In this document: piece after piece, positions 1-12,164 of the stretch | Position numbering within the stretch: position 1 is the first letter of the stretch | How the letters are laid out: every line of letters begins with the position of its first letter | DNA from: Lama glama | Lineage: Eukaryota | Length of the DNA: 64,000 nucleotides | Assembly (NCBI GenBank): GCA_028534125.1 | Contig: CM052816.1 | Location: 30,134,001-30,198,000, forward strand | Reading direction: 5' to 3' | The notes under the pieces: generated by a model | The model's database searches: none | What the model was told of the DNA's origin: nothing | What the model saw: only the letters and a program-made list of their open reading frames with translations | Program-made: the position numbers and the translations under genes

Positions 1-510
1 GCAGCCATGCGGAGGACCCATTGGCCACTACTGAACTTTGGAATGGAAAGCGGGTGAAAGCAGGTAGTGGAGAGACAGGGGCCTGGGAGGAAGGAGACCT
101 ATGTGCTGGTCCTGGTGACGTGATGAACTACTCTGGAGACACTGAGTGAGGCATGACCCTCTTTCCTCATCTGTAAAACAGGTAGATTGTGCGAGGTCCG
201 TGATGAGGCTGAGTATCATAGAATGGATCCAGCAGTTCAAGGGGCTCCCTGGGGTCATAGACAGAGTTGTTTCTCCATCTCCTTGCACTGGATAGTGTAA
301 ATTTGATGGACATTAAACCATAATTCCTTTCTCTGTTGTGCTGGGCACTGGGGCAGGGACCAGCAATCTGAGAGGGAGATTCAGCTTTCATAGAACACTC
401 AGTGCTGTCGACACAGACTTTAGCCAGAGCTGCCCTTGAAGAACCGAGTCTCTGAAGTCCTTTTTTACGGAAGAATGATGGCACCCTATAAAGTATCTCA
501 AAAGGGGAGA

Positions 511-735
511 TGGTGGCATAATCGCTAAATTAGGAGCTTTGACTTTGGTGAAAGATTTGGGTTTAAATTGGGCTCTGCTGGTTCCCACCTGTATCACCTG
601 ACCTGGTCCCATCCCTTGTCCTTTTCTGCTTCAGATTCTTCATCCATAGAACTGGGGTGATAAATAATGGTATTTTTTCACAAAGCTGTTGGGAAGGTTA
701 AATAAGACAATATGTATAAAGTGCCTAATATGTAA
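511..735 (+). mobile_element. MIR SINE (decayed)
   Basis: MIR-type core and 3' end: 'tcagattcttcatccatagaactggggtgataaataat...gttgggaaggttaaataagacaatatgtataaagtgcct'. Confidence 0.8.
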
Positions 736-3700
736 GGTTTCTAAGCTGTTACTGGTACTTTTGTGCCTTGGCTTCTTCCCCTTCCAGCCTCCCCCTACAC
801 GTGATAGTTCTGGAACCTGATCATGTGTCTTACAGCTTTCATTGAGATGGTGCTCAGTGTGTGACAGAAGGAACTGTCGGCTTTTTCACTTGCTGCTTTT
901 TCTTTTTTTCCCTAATCGGACCTTAAGTAAATGTAGCTTTGTACCTTTGGAATTAGGAACCTAGAAAGGAGATGGCTTTAGGGGGAATTCTTGTCCTGGA
1001 CTTGTTTTGTATGAACATTTCAGTTTAAGAATTATGTCTATATTAACCGGAGGGGATTTTCATTGTGCTGCAAGTCTGGTAAGAACCTGAAATAACTGCT
1101 TCAATACCATCGATGTGAATCCACTTGGCATAACTAAGGCCAGCAAGATTGTTCTTCAGACACTGTGTCTTCAAGTTAGAAAATCTGAAACATGGTGGCA
1201 ATTAGCAAAGTAAATATTTCTTGAAATTTATTGAGGTTGTGTTTTTCTTGTGATGAATTTGGAGGCCTGTGGGTAACAAGGCTAATTGGAATCGTTGCAG
1301 CTTCAAAGTACATTAGCTTTGATTTAAAGCTTTGACGACCCTCTGAAATTTAAGCTATTGTGGCATCATTTTATTGGCTATTTACCTGTGTTATCATTGC
1401 AAGGATCAGAGTTGATCATTAAGTAACTGAATATTCAGCTAAATATGTCATAGCTGTGATCAGTTTCTTTCCACTGGGAAAGAGTCTTTGCCTGCTTTAG
1501 GTTATACCTGAGTGAAACCTCTTGAACTGTCTGTTACATACACCATGTGATTCTGAAACTAATTACTTAAAAGACGACTTTGGGTTCTTGTTTTTAAAAT
1601 TTTTTTTTAAATCACGAGCACATTACTCATCTGCTAAAACATTTGACTTTTATTACACTCATTTTGTCTTTGGAGAAGATCCACTTTGCTTCTCAAAGAC
1701 AAAATTGAGCTTTTTTTTTTTCCCCCTCCAAGTAGATCCTGTCATAAATGCTAGTTCTTGAATTCAAAATGAGCATACACTTTTTTGGAATCAAATTTTA
1801 GTTCCACTTTGTTGAAGTTATTGCACAAAAGACAAAATCTGTGTTTTTTATGGAAGTACAATATGATCTTTAAAAAAAAAAAGGCTTAGTGTTGTAGCTT
1901 TCCCCCCTGATTTTAGAATTACGCATCCCCCTTGTAAATGTGGAGCTGTGTCACATTACCCTGCCAAGTAAAAATAAAGCTGTTGATTTTTTGAAATGTT
2001 TCTTTTTTGGTCATTCCCCGTGCACATAGAAGCATAAAAATTACAGGCCCAAATAATTCCAAATGACTTATAAAAGATTTAAATGGGGCCATTTTTATGT
2101 GGTCATATTTTCTCCTTTTTCAAGTATCTAGATTCCTAGTTACAGAGGGTATTTGCTGGTGAAAACTATAATCCTTTCTTAAATCTTCGTGGATCAAAAT
2201 TTAGTCTAAGTATTTCTTTGCCTTTTGCTTGTCTTTCCTCCCTTGAGTGGACTCGCTTTTGGCCTTTTTGAAGGGTGGGTAGAGGAGAGAGAAGGCACTG
2301 ATCTTCAGGTAAAATCAGCTTTTGCTGAGACTCCAGAGCTGGAGCGGTGGAGAACAGATATTAGACACTGGTTTAACAGTTTAATAGGTGAGTAACAAGA
2401 AAAATAAATAATACCTATGCCTTCTAAATTAAATAATCACTGAGAACTCCTAATAGACCATTAAAATAGCAGCCACATTTTAATTGAAATAATATGCTTA
2501 ACCATGTTAAAAACATAGTCTTCACATTTGTCGAAGATATTTACACTATATTGTTCCTGGAACAAGTTGTTTATGTCGAGTGTTTGGTTTTCCTTCACCA
2601 AAGTGCTTATTCATTATTCAAAAATTTCCAGATTCTGCACCCACATCCCTAGTGTATCGGTTTATTTTTAGAGGAGGACTCCAGCCTATCTCATCTCGTG
2701 TGGACTTCACCCGTTATCTAAGAGGAAGTTTGCCTTCCTTCTGGGATCCAACAGGTGACTCCATATTCAAAGCATCACAAGGAGACTGTTACCCTTGTCT
2801 GTAGCTTAGAAATCCAGAGTCTAGTGTTCTAGACCCAAAGAAAATGAAGCCCTGACGATGGCATGTCACTGGGCAAGGAGTTGCTGAGCTCACTGGGGGA
2901 GGAGAGCATCTTCGTGCTGTTGCTGGTGGGTGATTATACTGTTCATGCTTATCTTTGTCAGACTCACCTTTTCAACCTGCTACCTTGAGTAACTCAACAC
3001 TTGTCCTGCTGGAAAGTCAGTATTTAGGACATGTCGTTCAATTGCTTGAGTATTACTGGGACCTTGTCTCACTAAAGTCACAGATGAGACCAATTCTTTC
3101 AATGTCCAGGGTCAGGAGAAGACTCAGAAATGAGGACTGTAATTAGGTTTGTAATATTAAATTCCGTTTCATGGTCTCACAGTGGAAACATCTCCTTGCA
3201 GGCTGCTGCACAATCGTCCCACTTCCCCAGCTTGATTTCCAGATGGCTGAAGCTGGGGATGGTTTTGCTTTGACAGTCACCTGATAATCCCTTGCATCAT
3301 CTTCCCAGCTGCCTTGTGCTTAGGGGAGGTGATCAAAACACCAAAAGAAGGTTCCCAGATCTAAAGGGGTTTCTACTCTAAAGTAGGTTACTTTGAAAAT
3401 AGATTTGGCTTTTTTCTGCCCTCCATCTCCTCTCTTTAAGTTCCTTACCTCTTTATGCAACCCCCTCAAAGCAATGAGTTCCTATAAAATGAATGAAAGA
3501 GGGAGTTCTTGTTCAAAGAAATCTATAGAATAAGATGCATGATCTTATGTGGAAAATCACAGGAAGCCTTTCCTGAAAAGGGTACAAGGGCAAAGCTAGA
3601 AAGCCAAAGAAGTCTATAGACTGTTTTCAAGGAACGAAAGTTGTCCACTTTGACTGACGGTAGAGTGTGTTAGTGAAGAAAAGACTGGAGAGTTTGGTTC

Positions 3701-4309
3701 ACTAGATAACTGCACAGCTCTAACTTTATGTATATGTAAAATTGTCTAGAATTGGCTGTTACATTTTGCCATCACCACTAGAATATAACGATAATCATTT
3801 CACAAGTAAATCCCATGTAAACTTAGAATTCACGTGGTCTAATCTTACCCTGGAGCCAAAGCAACAACAGTCTAGTAAGGACAAATGACATATGTATTTC
3901 ATGTATGTACATTTATATGTAGATATATATACAAACCTGTCTGAAAGTGGGGCCGCAACAATGGCAGTGACAAGTCAGGTTAGTGCATTAATGCTCAGCA
4001 CAGTTCCCTAAAATTTCTAAAGGTGGTTCTCTTAATTCCAGATATTCTTGCAGTCCTAGCTCTCTTCTAGGGGAAACTCCTCGTCTCCCTCTCCTGTACC
4101 CTCCCCCCTCAGCTTTTTATTATGTAGATAAACTTAGCCTCTGTGAATCTCAGCGTTTCCTCCCCCACCCATTTCTGGGATTTAAACATCTTGAATCAGC
4201 AGAAGAATCTTTACCCCTTAGCAGGGGAGGGGCAGAAAAAGCAAGTGCTTTTTCCTCTTAACTCTGCCACACAAAGAATTGTTAATTAAGAATAAGGTGC
4301 CGGAAAGGA

Positions 4310-4500
4310 AAACACAGAGTAATTGGGATCTGAGGACCAGGGTTAGGGCAGTAATTCCCATTTTTACTAACTAGGCTACCTTGGGCAGTTGGTCTCGGCA
4401 CCTGTTGAATGGGGATGATAATTACACTAAGTTAACAGCGAGGAGGGATGTGTGTGTCTGTTTACTTGCAGAGCGCCCCATAATTAGTGATATTTTTGTG
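4310..4500 (+). mobile_element. MIR SINE fragment
   Basis: 'tactaactaggctaccttgggcagttg...cacctgttgaatggggatgataat' resembles the MIR core. Confidence 0.65.
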
Positions 4501-4849
4501 AGATTATTGAGTCAGTTTGTCAAGTTCATTTGGGAAGAAAATTGTTCCCATTTCGTCGTGAGTGCCTGTCCTCACATTTCCAGCACATGCGCAGCGGCTG
4601 TCTGGGCTGCCTGAATACTCTCCTTGTTCAGGGCCCTTGTTGACACTTTACTTTTGGGGATTCTCTGGTCCAAGACACATTGTTTAATTTAATGTCTTCT
4701 TTTCTCTCTTGTAACACTGCCATAATTGCTTCTTCAGGTGTCTTCATACCATGCCACTATCTTATCCATCTGTAAGCATGTGCTTACTGAACATAAGATG
4801 TTACACTGTCCCTCCTGTTTTAGCTCAGTCTAAGATAGCTTAAATCAAT

Positions 4850-5176
4850 AACATTTAGTCCATTTAGGCTGCTGTAGCAGAACACCATGGACTGGATAGC
4901 TTATAAGCAGCATAAATTTATTTCTTATAGATCCTGGAGGCTGACAGTCCCAGATCCAGATGCCAGCATGGTCAGATGAGGGCCCTCTGCAGGGTGGCAG
5001 ACTTGTATCCTCACAAGGTGAGGGGAACTCCATGGTGTTTCTTAAAGGTATTAATTTCATTTATGAGAGCTCCACCCTCGTGGTATAAGCACCTCCCACC
5101 TCCTAATACCATCATATGAGGGGTGCAGATTTCAATATATGAATTTAAGGGGAACATAGATATTCAGACCATACCA
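4850..5176 (-). mobile_element. MaLR solo LTR (MLT1A-like)
   Basis: 'ttagtccatttaggctgctgtagcagaacaccatggactggatagcttataagcagcataaatttatttct...aatatatgaatttaaggggaacatagatattcagaccatacca' resembles the reverse complement of MLT1A. Confidence 0.85.
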
Positions 5177-6240
5177 ACTTTGATTAAAAAAAGAAAAACT
5201 TGAAACTCTATCAGATTCCCTTGCAAAAAGCACCAATAGGAGTTGTCAGAATGTACAATTTCTTGCTTTTTCTGTATTTCCTGGTGAAGGGCCATTTAGG
5301 CATGAGGAGCTGTATTTTAAATAGACTTGGTGTACTCTTGTGCCCTCTTACACCTATATTAACAAGGTCAAAATCAAACTAGTAACCAGGAAATGCTTAT
5401 AATGGGGCTAAAAGTGATTCCATCTCTGACCTTATGCATTAATTGCCATTATCTGTGTCTTAGTCATAGTTTTATCTGCTGCTATTTCCCAAGGAAAAGA
5501 CCTGTTTTGAGTCAATAGAATGGTTAAATCTATAACACTGATGTCATTCCTCCTTAATAATTGAGATTCTAATTTAATTTATGTACTACGTTTGTGCAGG
5601 AAATTAACTGATGGGTCAATTTGTCTTAGACAAATAATTGTACAGCACAGATGTGTAGCAAGGCTCTTGAATTCAAAAGAGCATCACTTCACTTCACCCT
5701 CTTTGTGACACTTGGCAGTTTATTAGTGTTGTAGATGTAAAACCTGATTATATGAGATGACCAAGACAGAAGCCACATGGAGTGAGTGCTGGCTACTGAC
5801 TGGGTCTCTTGGGTGTACTCACCAGCCCCATCAAGAGGGGCAGAGTGGAGCCAGGCGTGGAACCTCGTCTCTCGTAATACGGGGAGTGGCTCTTCCTTGG
5901 CCACCTGCGGGTGCCACGTGGTTGCCAAACCTCTCACTTGCCTGCTGATGGCAGTTATCAGCTCGAGTCAGAGACTTCTGTTCTGAAAATGGCCTTCCTT
6001 GTGCACCAGGCCAGGGGAGTGCTGTGGCTTTCAGGGCTGGTCGGGGTAGGGGTGGGGAGGTCCTAGATGTTATGTCACACTTCTCATTTCTTCATGCTGC
6101 TGCGAAAAGGGCCCGGTGTTGTAGGAATATCGGACTTCAGTGTTTGAGTTGGGTTCATCCTCAGAGAGGTCTAGGAAGAAAAGCATTTGCAAGTTATTCT
6201 TAAATAACCTTACAGTTTCATTCTTTTAGGCCCCCCCCCA

Positions 6241-6370
6241 AATCATGGACTTTGGAGTCAGTCTGACTTGTAACTTACTTGTTTAGATAAACCTGTTAAT
6301 AGCTGTGTGATGTAGGAGATGTCACACAACAGTGCTCTGAGCCTATTTTACTTGTCTTTGAAATGGACCT
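6241..6370 (+). mobile_element. MIR SINE fragment
   Basis: 'catggactttggagtcagtctgac...tagctgtgtgatgtaggagatgtcac...ctctgagcctattttacttgtctttgaaatgg'. Confidence 0.65.
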
Positions 6371-6375
6371 CTTGA

Positions 6376-6428
6376 TGTGTGTGTGTGTGTCTGTCTCTGT
6401 CTGCCTGTCTGTCTGAGAGAGAGAGAGA
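6376..6428. repeat. Compound microsatellite (TG)n(TCTG)n(GA)n
   Basis: Seen directly in sequence. Confidence 0.9.
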
Positions 6429-7529
6429 AATAAGAAAAGTCCAACCTGAAACACAGGAGGCACTCAATACATGCAGTGTCTTTCCACCTTTAATTAATCG
6501 CATCTTCAGCAGTTGGCTCAGCTTGAGCCTGCAGAACTGTTTGTAAGGTATCTGCTCTGAGCAGTGTGTTTTCTAGGACACCGACAATGTGAATAACTGG
6601 AGCTCTGAATTAAAGTACCATTTACACAAGAGTAGAAAGGGACAGACTCAGAGTTAAGAGGAAATAGGTTAATTTCAGCTTCAATCTTTATAACTTTATT
6701 GGTGTGACATGGTACGAATGGGCTGCCAAGACTAACAAATTAAAGGTTTGTGTTGAGGGACAGATCTTAAATGGCATCTTTCTCTGTCTCATTAGGTGGC
6801 ATCCCCTCCCCCACCCCTACACCAAATCAGGATTGGTTGTGGGTGATTGGCGGCCTTTGTTTTCTAGGGCAGTATTTCTCTGTTTGGGGAGGAGTGTTTC
6901 TTCCAAGTATATAGAATATGAAGGAAGATACGGAGAGCTGAAATGTCTAAAAAGTGATGAACATACGATGAAGGATTGAATATACTGATCTTTGAAGACA
7001 GTCTGAAGGAACTCTGATGACTGGGTCTCAGGAGGAGAGTGTGAAGGGGATAGGGAACATAACAAACGGCAGTACGTATCACACATGTGCCAGTGACTAG
7101 CCAGCCCTCCCTTCAAGGGGAGAGGGAAGCGGCTGCTTTTCAACACTAGTCGTAATTTGGATGCAGCTTTAAGATGCGGTTCTTGCCTGAAATGGTTAGC
7201 AGATACTGGAGTTCAGCTAACAAATGAGCTGGCGAGATTTCTTCCTTAAAATAATTTTGTTGAAAAGAAGAGTCACCATCTTTCTGTTGTGGGTAAAGAA
7301 TGGTGGCAAACAAGTTTTTTCCCAATGACCTATGGCAGAACCGTCTAGGTACAAACTTCAAACTGTCCTCTGCTTTTAACTAGTTTGTTTATAGTTCTTG
7401 TCAGGTTTCATTTGCTCAAAGGGTTATGCTGATAAAAAGTGTTTCAAATCTACTGATCTAATGGGAGAAGGAAGAGCTGACCTATCGTTGGCTAAGGGAA
7501 TGGAAACCGGGCACACGTCTGTGCTTTCC

Positions 7530-7690
7530 ACATACCGTCACATTTACTCTTCACATTGTCCTATGAGGTAGGCATGGTTAGTCCCATTTTCTGGTCGAGA
7601 AGACTGAACCTTAGGGAAGTTAGATCACTTGTCCATGCTGGTGCGTGCGGACTTGGAAGCCTGTGCTTGCTCCGTAGCCCCGTGTGGCCT
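7530..7690 (-). mobile_element. MIR SINE fragment
   Basis: 'cctatgaggtaggcatggttagtcccattttctggtcgagaagactgaaccttagggaagttagatcacttgtcc' is an antisense MIR core. Confidence 0.75.
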
Positions 7691-8489
7691 CTGTGCTCCC
7701 CTCAGCATCTGTGACTGACGGCCTGAGGCCAGGATGCCTGTTATCTTCCCTGAGGATGCAGTGGAGTACAGAGGACAGAGACCATGTTTGGAGGATGGCT
7801 TTTGAAGAATTCACCTACTCTTACGTTTCCTGTTTATTTAGAAACACTGTCTGGTGAGTCTCTAATAAGAAAAATAACCTCTCAGAAAGTAACATATACC
7901 CTCATATAGTTCTGAAAATTGGAGAATTTAGTAAAATAGTTCTTAACTGATTTTCTTCTTGAGTTTTATCATGTGAATAAACATTTATTCAGTGGTTTAT
8001 TCATTCTTATGAAATTGTAAATATACTTGAATGTTGGTGTTAAAATATGATTGTTGCTATTTCTTAATCTGTCTAACTGGATCTTTTTGGATAGAGATTT
8101 TTTAATCTTGGAAATATTTCATCACTGGACTAAAACAGAATTTAAGAACACTTTTCAGGTGACAGTGTTATTGGGAAAGTAAAGGAGACAATGGGGAAAA
8201 ACAAAGAGAAACTAAGCAAAGAAAGAACAATCAAAGGTGATAGAGCTTGGTTTCTAAACCAGGAAGTCCATCTGATTCCAGGCAATAGTTTAGAAACAAA
8301 GCCTCTTCAGTTTATGGCTTTAGCCCCACACTAATCCATGACTTTGCTTGTATTCTCTTCTTGATCGTGGAAAATAAATATGTTTTAAAAAAGTCATTAT
8401 TGCTGTATACCAGGAAGCTCAGAATGACATTAGTTCATCTCTGCTGAAATATTTTTGCGTGTTTCATGTCCCAGACATATCATGTGGTG

Positions 8490-8965
8490 ACCGTTTGTTT
8501 ATTTCTAGTATAATCATTTTCAAGGAAAGCTCATACTTAAAAATGCAATATAGGAAACTAGAAATTACCCACATGCCCAGTAATCCTGGCATGAATAAAC
8601 ATGTGACGCTTATGCAGTGAAATGCCACACAGCCAACAGAAGGAAGCTCTGTATCTGCCTGCAACAAAAGGAGTGAGTCTCACAAACAGGATGGTGAGCA
8701 AACAAAGCCAGACACCAGGGTCCAACGGTGCATGCACTTGTAGAGGCTCGGCAGCTCCATTCATAGAGAGGTCAGCACGGCAACGTGGACCCGCGCCGTT
8801 CCGCGTCAGCATGTGGATTTCCGCAGGAGGACTTCCTGGGTGCTGCTAATACTCTCTGGTCCTTGGTTCGGGTGCTTAATATGTGGGCATGTTGAGTTTG
8901 TGGTAACTACTAAGCTGTGCAGTTAGAATTTGTGCGTGTTTCTGTGTCTGTGTTTCCTCATGTTC
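8490..8965 (+). mobile_element. Old L1 (L1ME/L1MC-like) 3' end fragment
   Basis: 'gaaactagaaattacccacatgcccag...gagtctcacaaacaggatggtgagcaaacaaagccagacac...ctgggtgctgctaatactct...taagctgtgcagttagaatttgtgc' follows the layout of an L1M 3' UTR. Confidence 0.75.
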
Positions 8966-9099
8966 ACTAACAGTCCAACCCAAACAAAATAAGACACTAA
9001 ACATGTAACAAACTTACTGATGGGAAGTTGAGGCATCAGAGTCTTTTGAAAGTAGAATGCCATGAAGATAAGGGTTATCAAATTGTATTGATTTTTACA

Positions 9100-9240
9100 G
9101 TGCACTGATTTTCAAAGTACATCCTCTTTGAAGTTAAACTGGATGTCATGATTTGTTATATCTTATAATTAAGCAGTGATTTCTCTTAATTCTGAAGGGT
9201 GTTTTACTATTGATGATGTGTCAGATTGGACGAAATATGA
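9100..9240. mobile_element. Possible TcMar MITE remnant (MER104-like)
   Basis: End 'ggtgttttactattgatgatgtgtcagattggacgaaatatg' resembles the MER104 terminus; highly diverged. Confidence 0.4.
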
Positions 9241-9389
9241 CATTAATCTATTACATTATAATCTATTACATTATATAAAGAAATGCTTAAATAAGTGACA
9301 CATCGTTATTTGTAGAGGTGAATTCACTTTTTATTTTTAAAATACTAACAGTAAGCTTTGTGGCATTTTGTCATGTTTTTACAAAATCT

Positions 9390-9600
9390 CTTTGGAGGAA
9401 TTAATGTGTAAGCAAACCCAAAATATTTTTAAATGAGACAAATGAAGAAAAATTGACCAGATTCTAAAATATATTCCAAGAGCCCAAAATTAAACTGAAA
9501 TAGATAAGTAAAATAGAGTAGTATTCAAAAAATACCTGAATACATATGAGAATATAGTATATATTGAAAATGGCATTTTAAATCATGGTGGAAAGTTTAG
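9390..9600 (+). mobile_element. Old L1 ORF2-region fragment
   Basis: A-rich segment with 'gaatacatatgagaatatagtatatattgaaaatggcattttaaatcatggtggaaag', typical of L1ME. Confidence 0.5.
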
Positions 9601-11169
9601 GAAAAAAAGGAAAGGAGTGAAATGTGGCTGGTTCCTCAATCTGTCACTTTTAGTCTATGTTTCCAAAGATTATGCGTGAAAGACAGGCGATATCTGGGTT
9701 TTGGCTTATGACAGACAAGACTGTCAGTCCCCGAGTGTCAGGGATAACTACTTTTCTCCTTGGGAAGTGCTGGTGTTTGCTGAGCCCTGGATTTGGTTCC
9801 TTTCACTTATGAGGTCTCAGATGAACTCCTGGATGGGAAGTAGGCCAGCCTATTTATATGAATGCATTGGTCCATCAACAGAGAGAAATCTCCGCACTGA
9901 AGAATGACTTAAACAAATGAAAAATCTTACCCCCAGATCAGCTTACTACACATACTTCATGTTACAACCCCCATATTTAAAAGGATCCTTCTACTCTAAC
10001 TCCTGAAATGAACTGATAATCTAAAATAAACGTAATCGGGTGGGGAGAGGGCGGGGGGTGCTTGGGCTTTTTTTTTTTTTTTAAACATATAATTTGTTAG
10101 AGGGAAATGTTAGGGAAAGTCTGTTTCCAGAAGAAATTATTTCTTATTAATGGAGTATCTGAAACTCATAGGACACTGCCCTGATTGCTCTCTCGTCAGT
10201 TAAAAAAAAAAGTTAGGTCAGGAGAAAAAAACAAAAAAATTTCAATTACATTTACAGCAGCAGCTGAAGGGGAACAAAATCAATGAAAGGAGCATACTTA
10301 TTAGAGACCTGCAGTTGCCATAAAACTGAAACTAAATCACAGTGACAGTGTCTGAACTTCAGATAAATTGCTTTGAATTCAGAATGGGAGCCTGGAGAAA
10401 AAAAATGGAAATGATATTGCAGTTGGTGGAAAATAGGGTTAGAGCTTTTTATACCCATCGCCTCTCTGAATCTTGTAGATACTGTCAAAATCAAATACTG
10501 ATTTGTAATCTCCTTTTATTTTATTTATTTGTGTATATAGGGGATTCTCTTGTTTCTCCAGTAGATAATTCCACCTTCTGTGTTGTCTTGGCACTGAAAG
10601 GATGGAGAATTGTGGTATTCAGATGTTCAGAGCTTGCTGGGAACCCAAGGCAAGGTGACCCTCAGGGAGAAACATTATCTCTCTGAAGAGAGGCCACTCT
10701 TTCTGGAGAAAGGGATGGGTGCAGGGGCAGCCAGCCCTGCCCTGCTTGCTCAGTAGCGACATAAATCATTTCAGTCTAGAGGCCTCTCCTAAGCTCCATC
10801 CTGGTGTCAAAAGGCATGAATCTTTTCTTCCCCCCAACTTCTGTGTTTCCCTAAGCTGTGCCTTTTGTCAGGCTCACCAGATATGCCTCCTGGTGGGCTT
10901 TTGAGCTTTGGCAAATGGTAATTAAATGCTATTCGTGCCTTCACTGACCAGCTTACCAGCACTAAGGGGACGACACCAAGGATTTTCTCATGACAAACTG
11001 CTGTGTAAAACTGCACAAGTCACCAAGATCATCAGACTGCCATCTATACATATTACACCAGGGTAGAATGAGTCTTCACAAAGAGCTTTTCTGACCTCAT
11101 GATCTTTTTTTCACAATACCTCCTGGGATCCTGGCCTTGCAAAAGTCTGTCTTCACTGTGGGTTCACTC

Positions 11170-12155
11170 AATTTGCTGTTTTTAAGGGAATGGAAGATAC
11201 AGATGATAACTAGAGGAAGACATCGGAAGAGGGATTTTATTTAAATTTTTTTAGGTAGGTGAGACTTAATCATGTTTATAGGCAAAGGAGAAAGACTTAC
11301 CATAGAGGTTGAAGGCACAAGGAAGACGTGATCCTTACTTAATAGGGTACTGTCTTTAGGGAGATGTGAGTAGGCAAGATGAGAAACACAGTGGAGGGCT
11401 TTGTGTTGCACCAGGAGGGATGATGAGTGCAGGGGAGAGATGCAGGAGCTGAGGAAGTTGTCACGAGGTAGGCCTGCTCGTCCAACTGTAATAATTCTTC
11501 CTAATAAGAGTGAAGAAGGAGAAGAAAAACAAGAAGATAGGCCTGCTTTTCTTAGCGAAGAAAGAGGCAAGGCCACTGGCCAAGGGTGGGAGATTAGGGT
11601 GTAGATGATTTGAGAAGGGAGAACATTTAGGTTAAAAGAGGGAAATTCACAAAGGGCTTATCAGTCTGGGTGAGAGAGAAGATTGTGCATTTCTAATTGC
11701 ATCCATGCATCCTTCTGTGTGATTTTTTCTCTTTCCTTTGTAGATAAAGTCAGAATGAAGAAGAGAAGTTGAGGGGGTGATTCTCAGCCACAAAAGCTCC
11801 ATGTGATTTGTCTCACGGTTCTCCCTGTAGCCCCTAGGACAGTGCCTGTTTCAAGTAGGTGCTCAGTATGTATTTGCTGACTGAGTGAATGAATGGCTGA
11901 GTAGGACAAAAGGGACAGCATGAGAACTGGGGGAATGTTAAGTGACTAAAGTTTTAATGTGGGGAACAGACAGGACAAAAAATGAAAGGAGACGGCTGAT
12001 AGACTTGGGAAAAATGCAATGGCACAGAGAGAAGTTTTCAGTGATAAAAAATATTAAATATACTAAAAATAATACAGCAAGGGATCTAGAAGGATAGGAG
12101 TTTGTTGTCTAAGAATAGGGTAATGAAATTTAAGATTTCAGAGATGGAGCACTTC
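11170..12155 (-). mobile_element. L2 LINE fragments (purine-rich antisense), interrupted by a plus-strand L2 3' end at about 11790-11895
   Basis: 'gagacttaatcatgtttataggcaaaggagaaagac...gaggttgaag'; inner L2 tail 'acagtgcctgtttcaagtaggtgctcagtatgtatttgctgactgagtgaatgaatg'. Confidence 0.6.
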
Positions 12156-12164
12156 AAGATAATA

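Noticed and set aside
1024..1078. Possible 55-nt exon encoding FKNYVYINRRGFSLCCKS, faintly like the Harbinger/HARBI1 YxNRKG motif
   Set aside because: Match is only a few residues, no DDE context nearby, and the acceptor tract is weak
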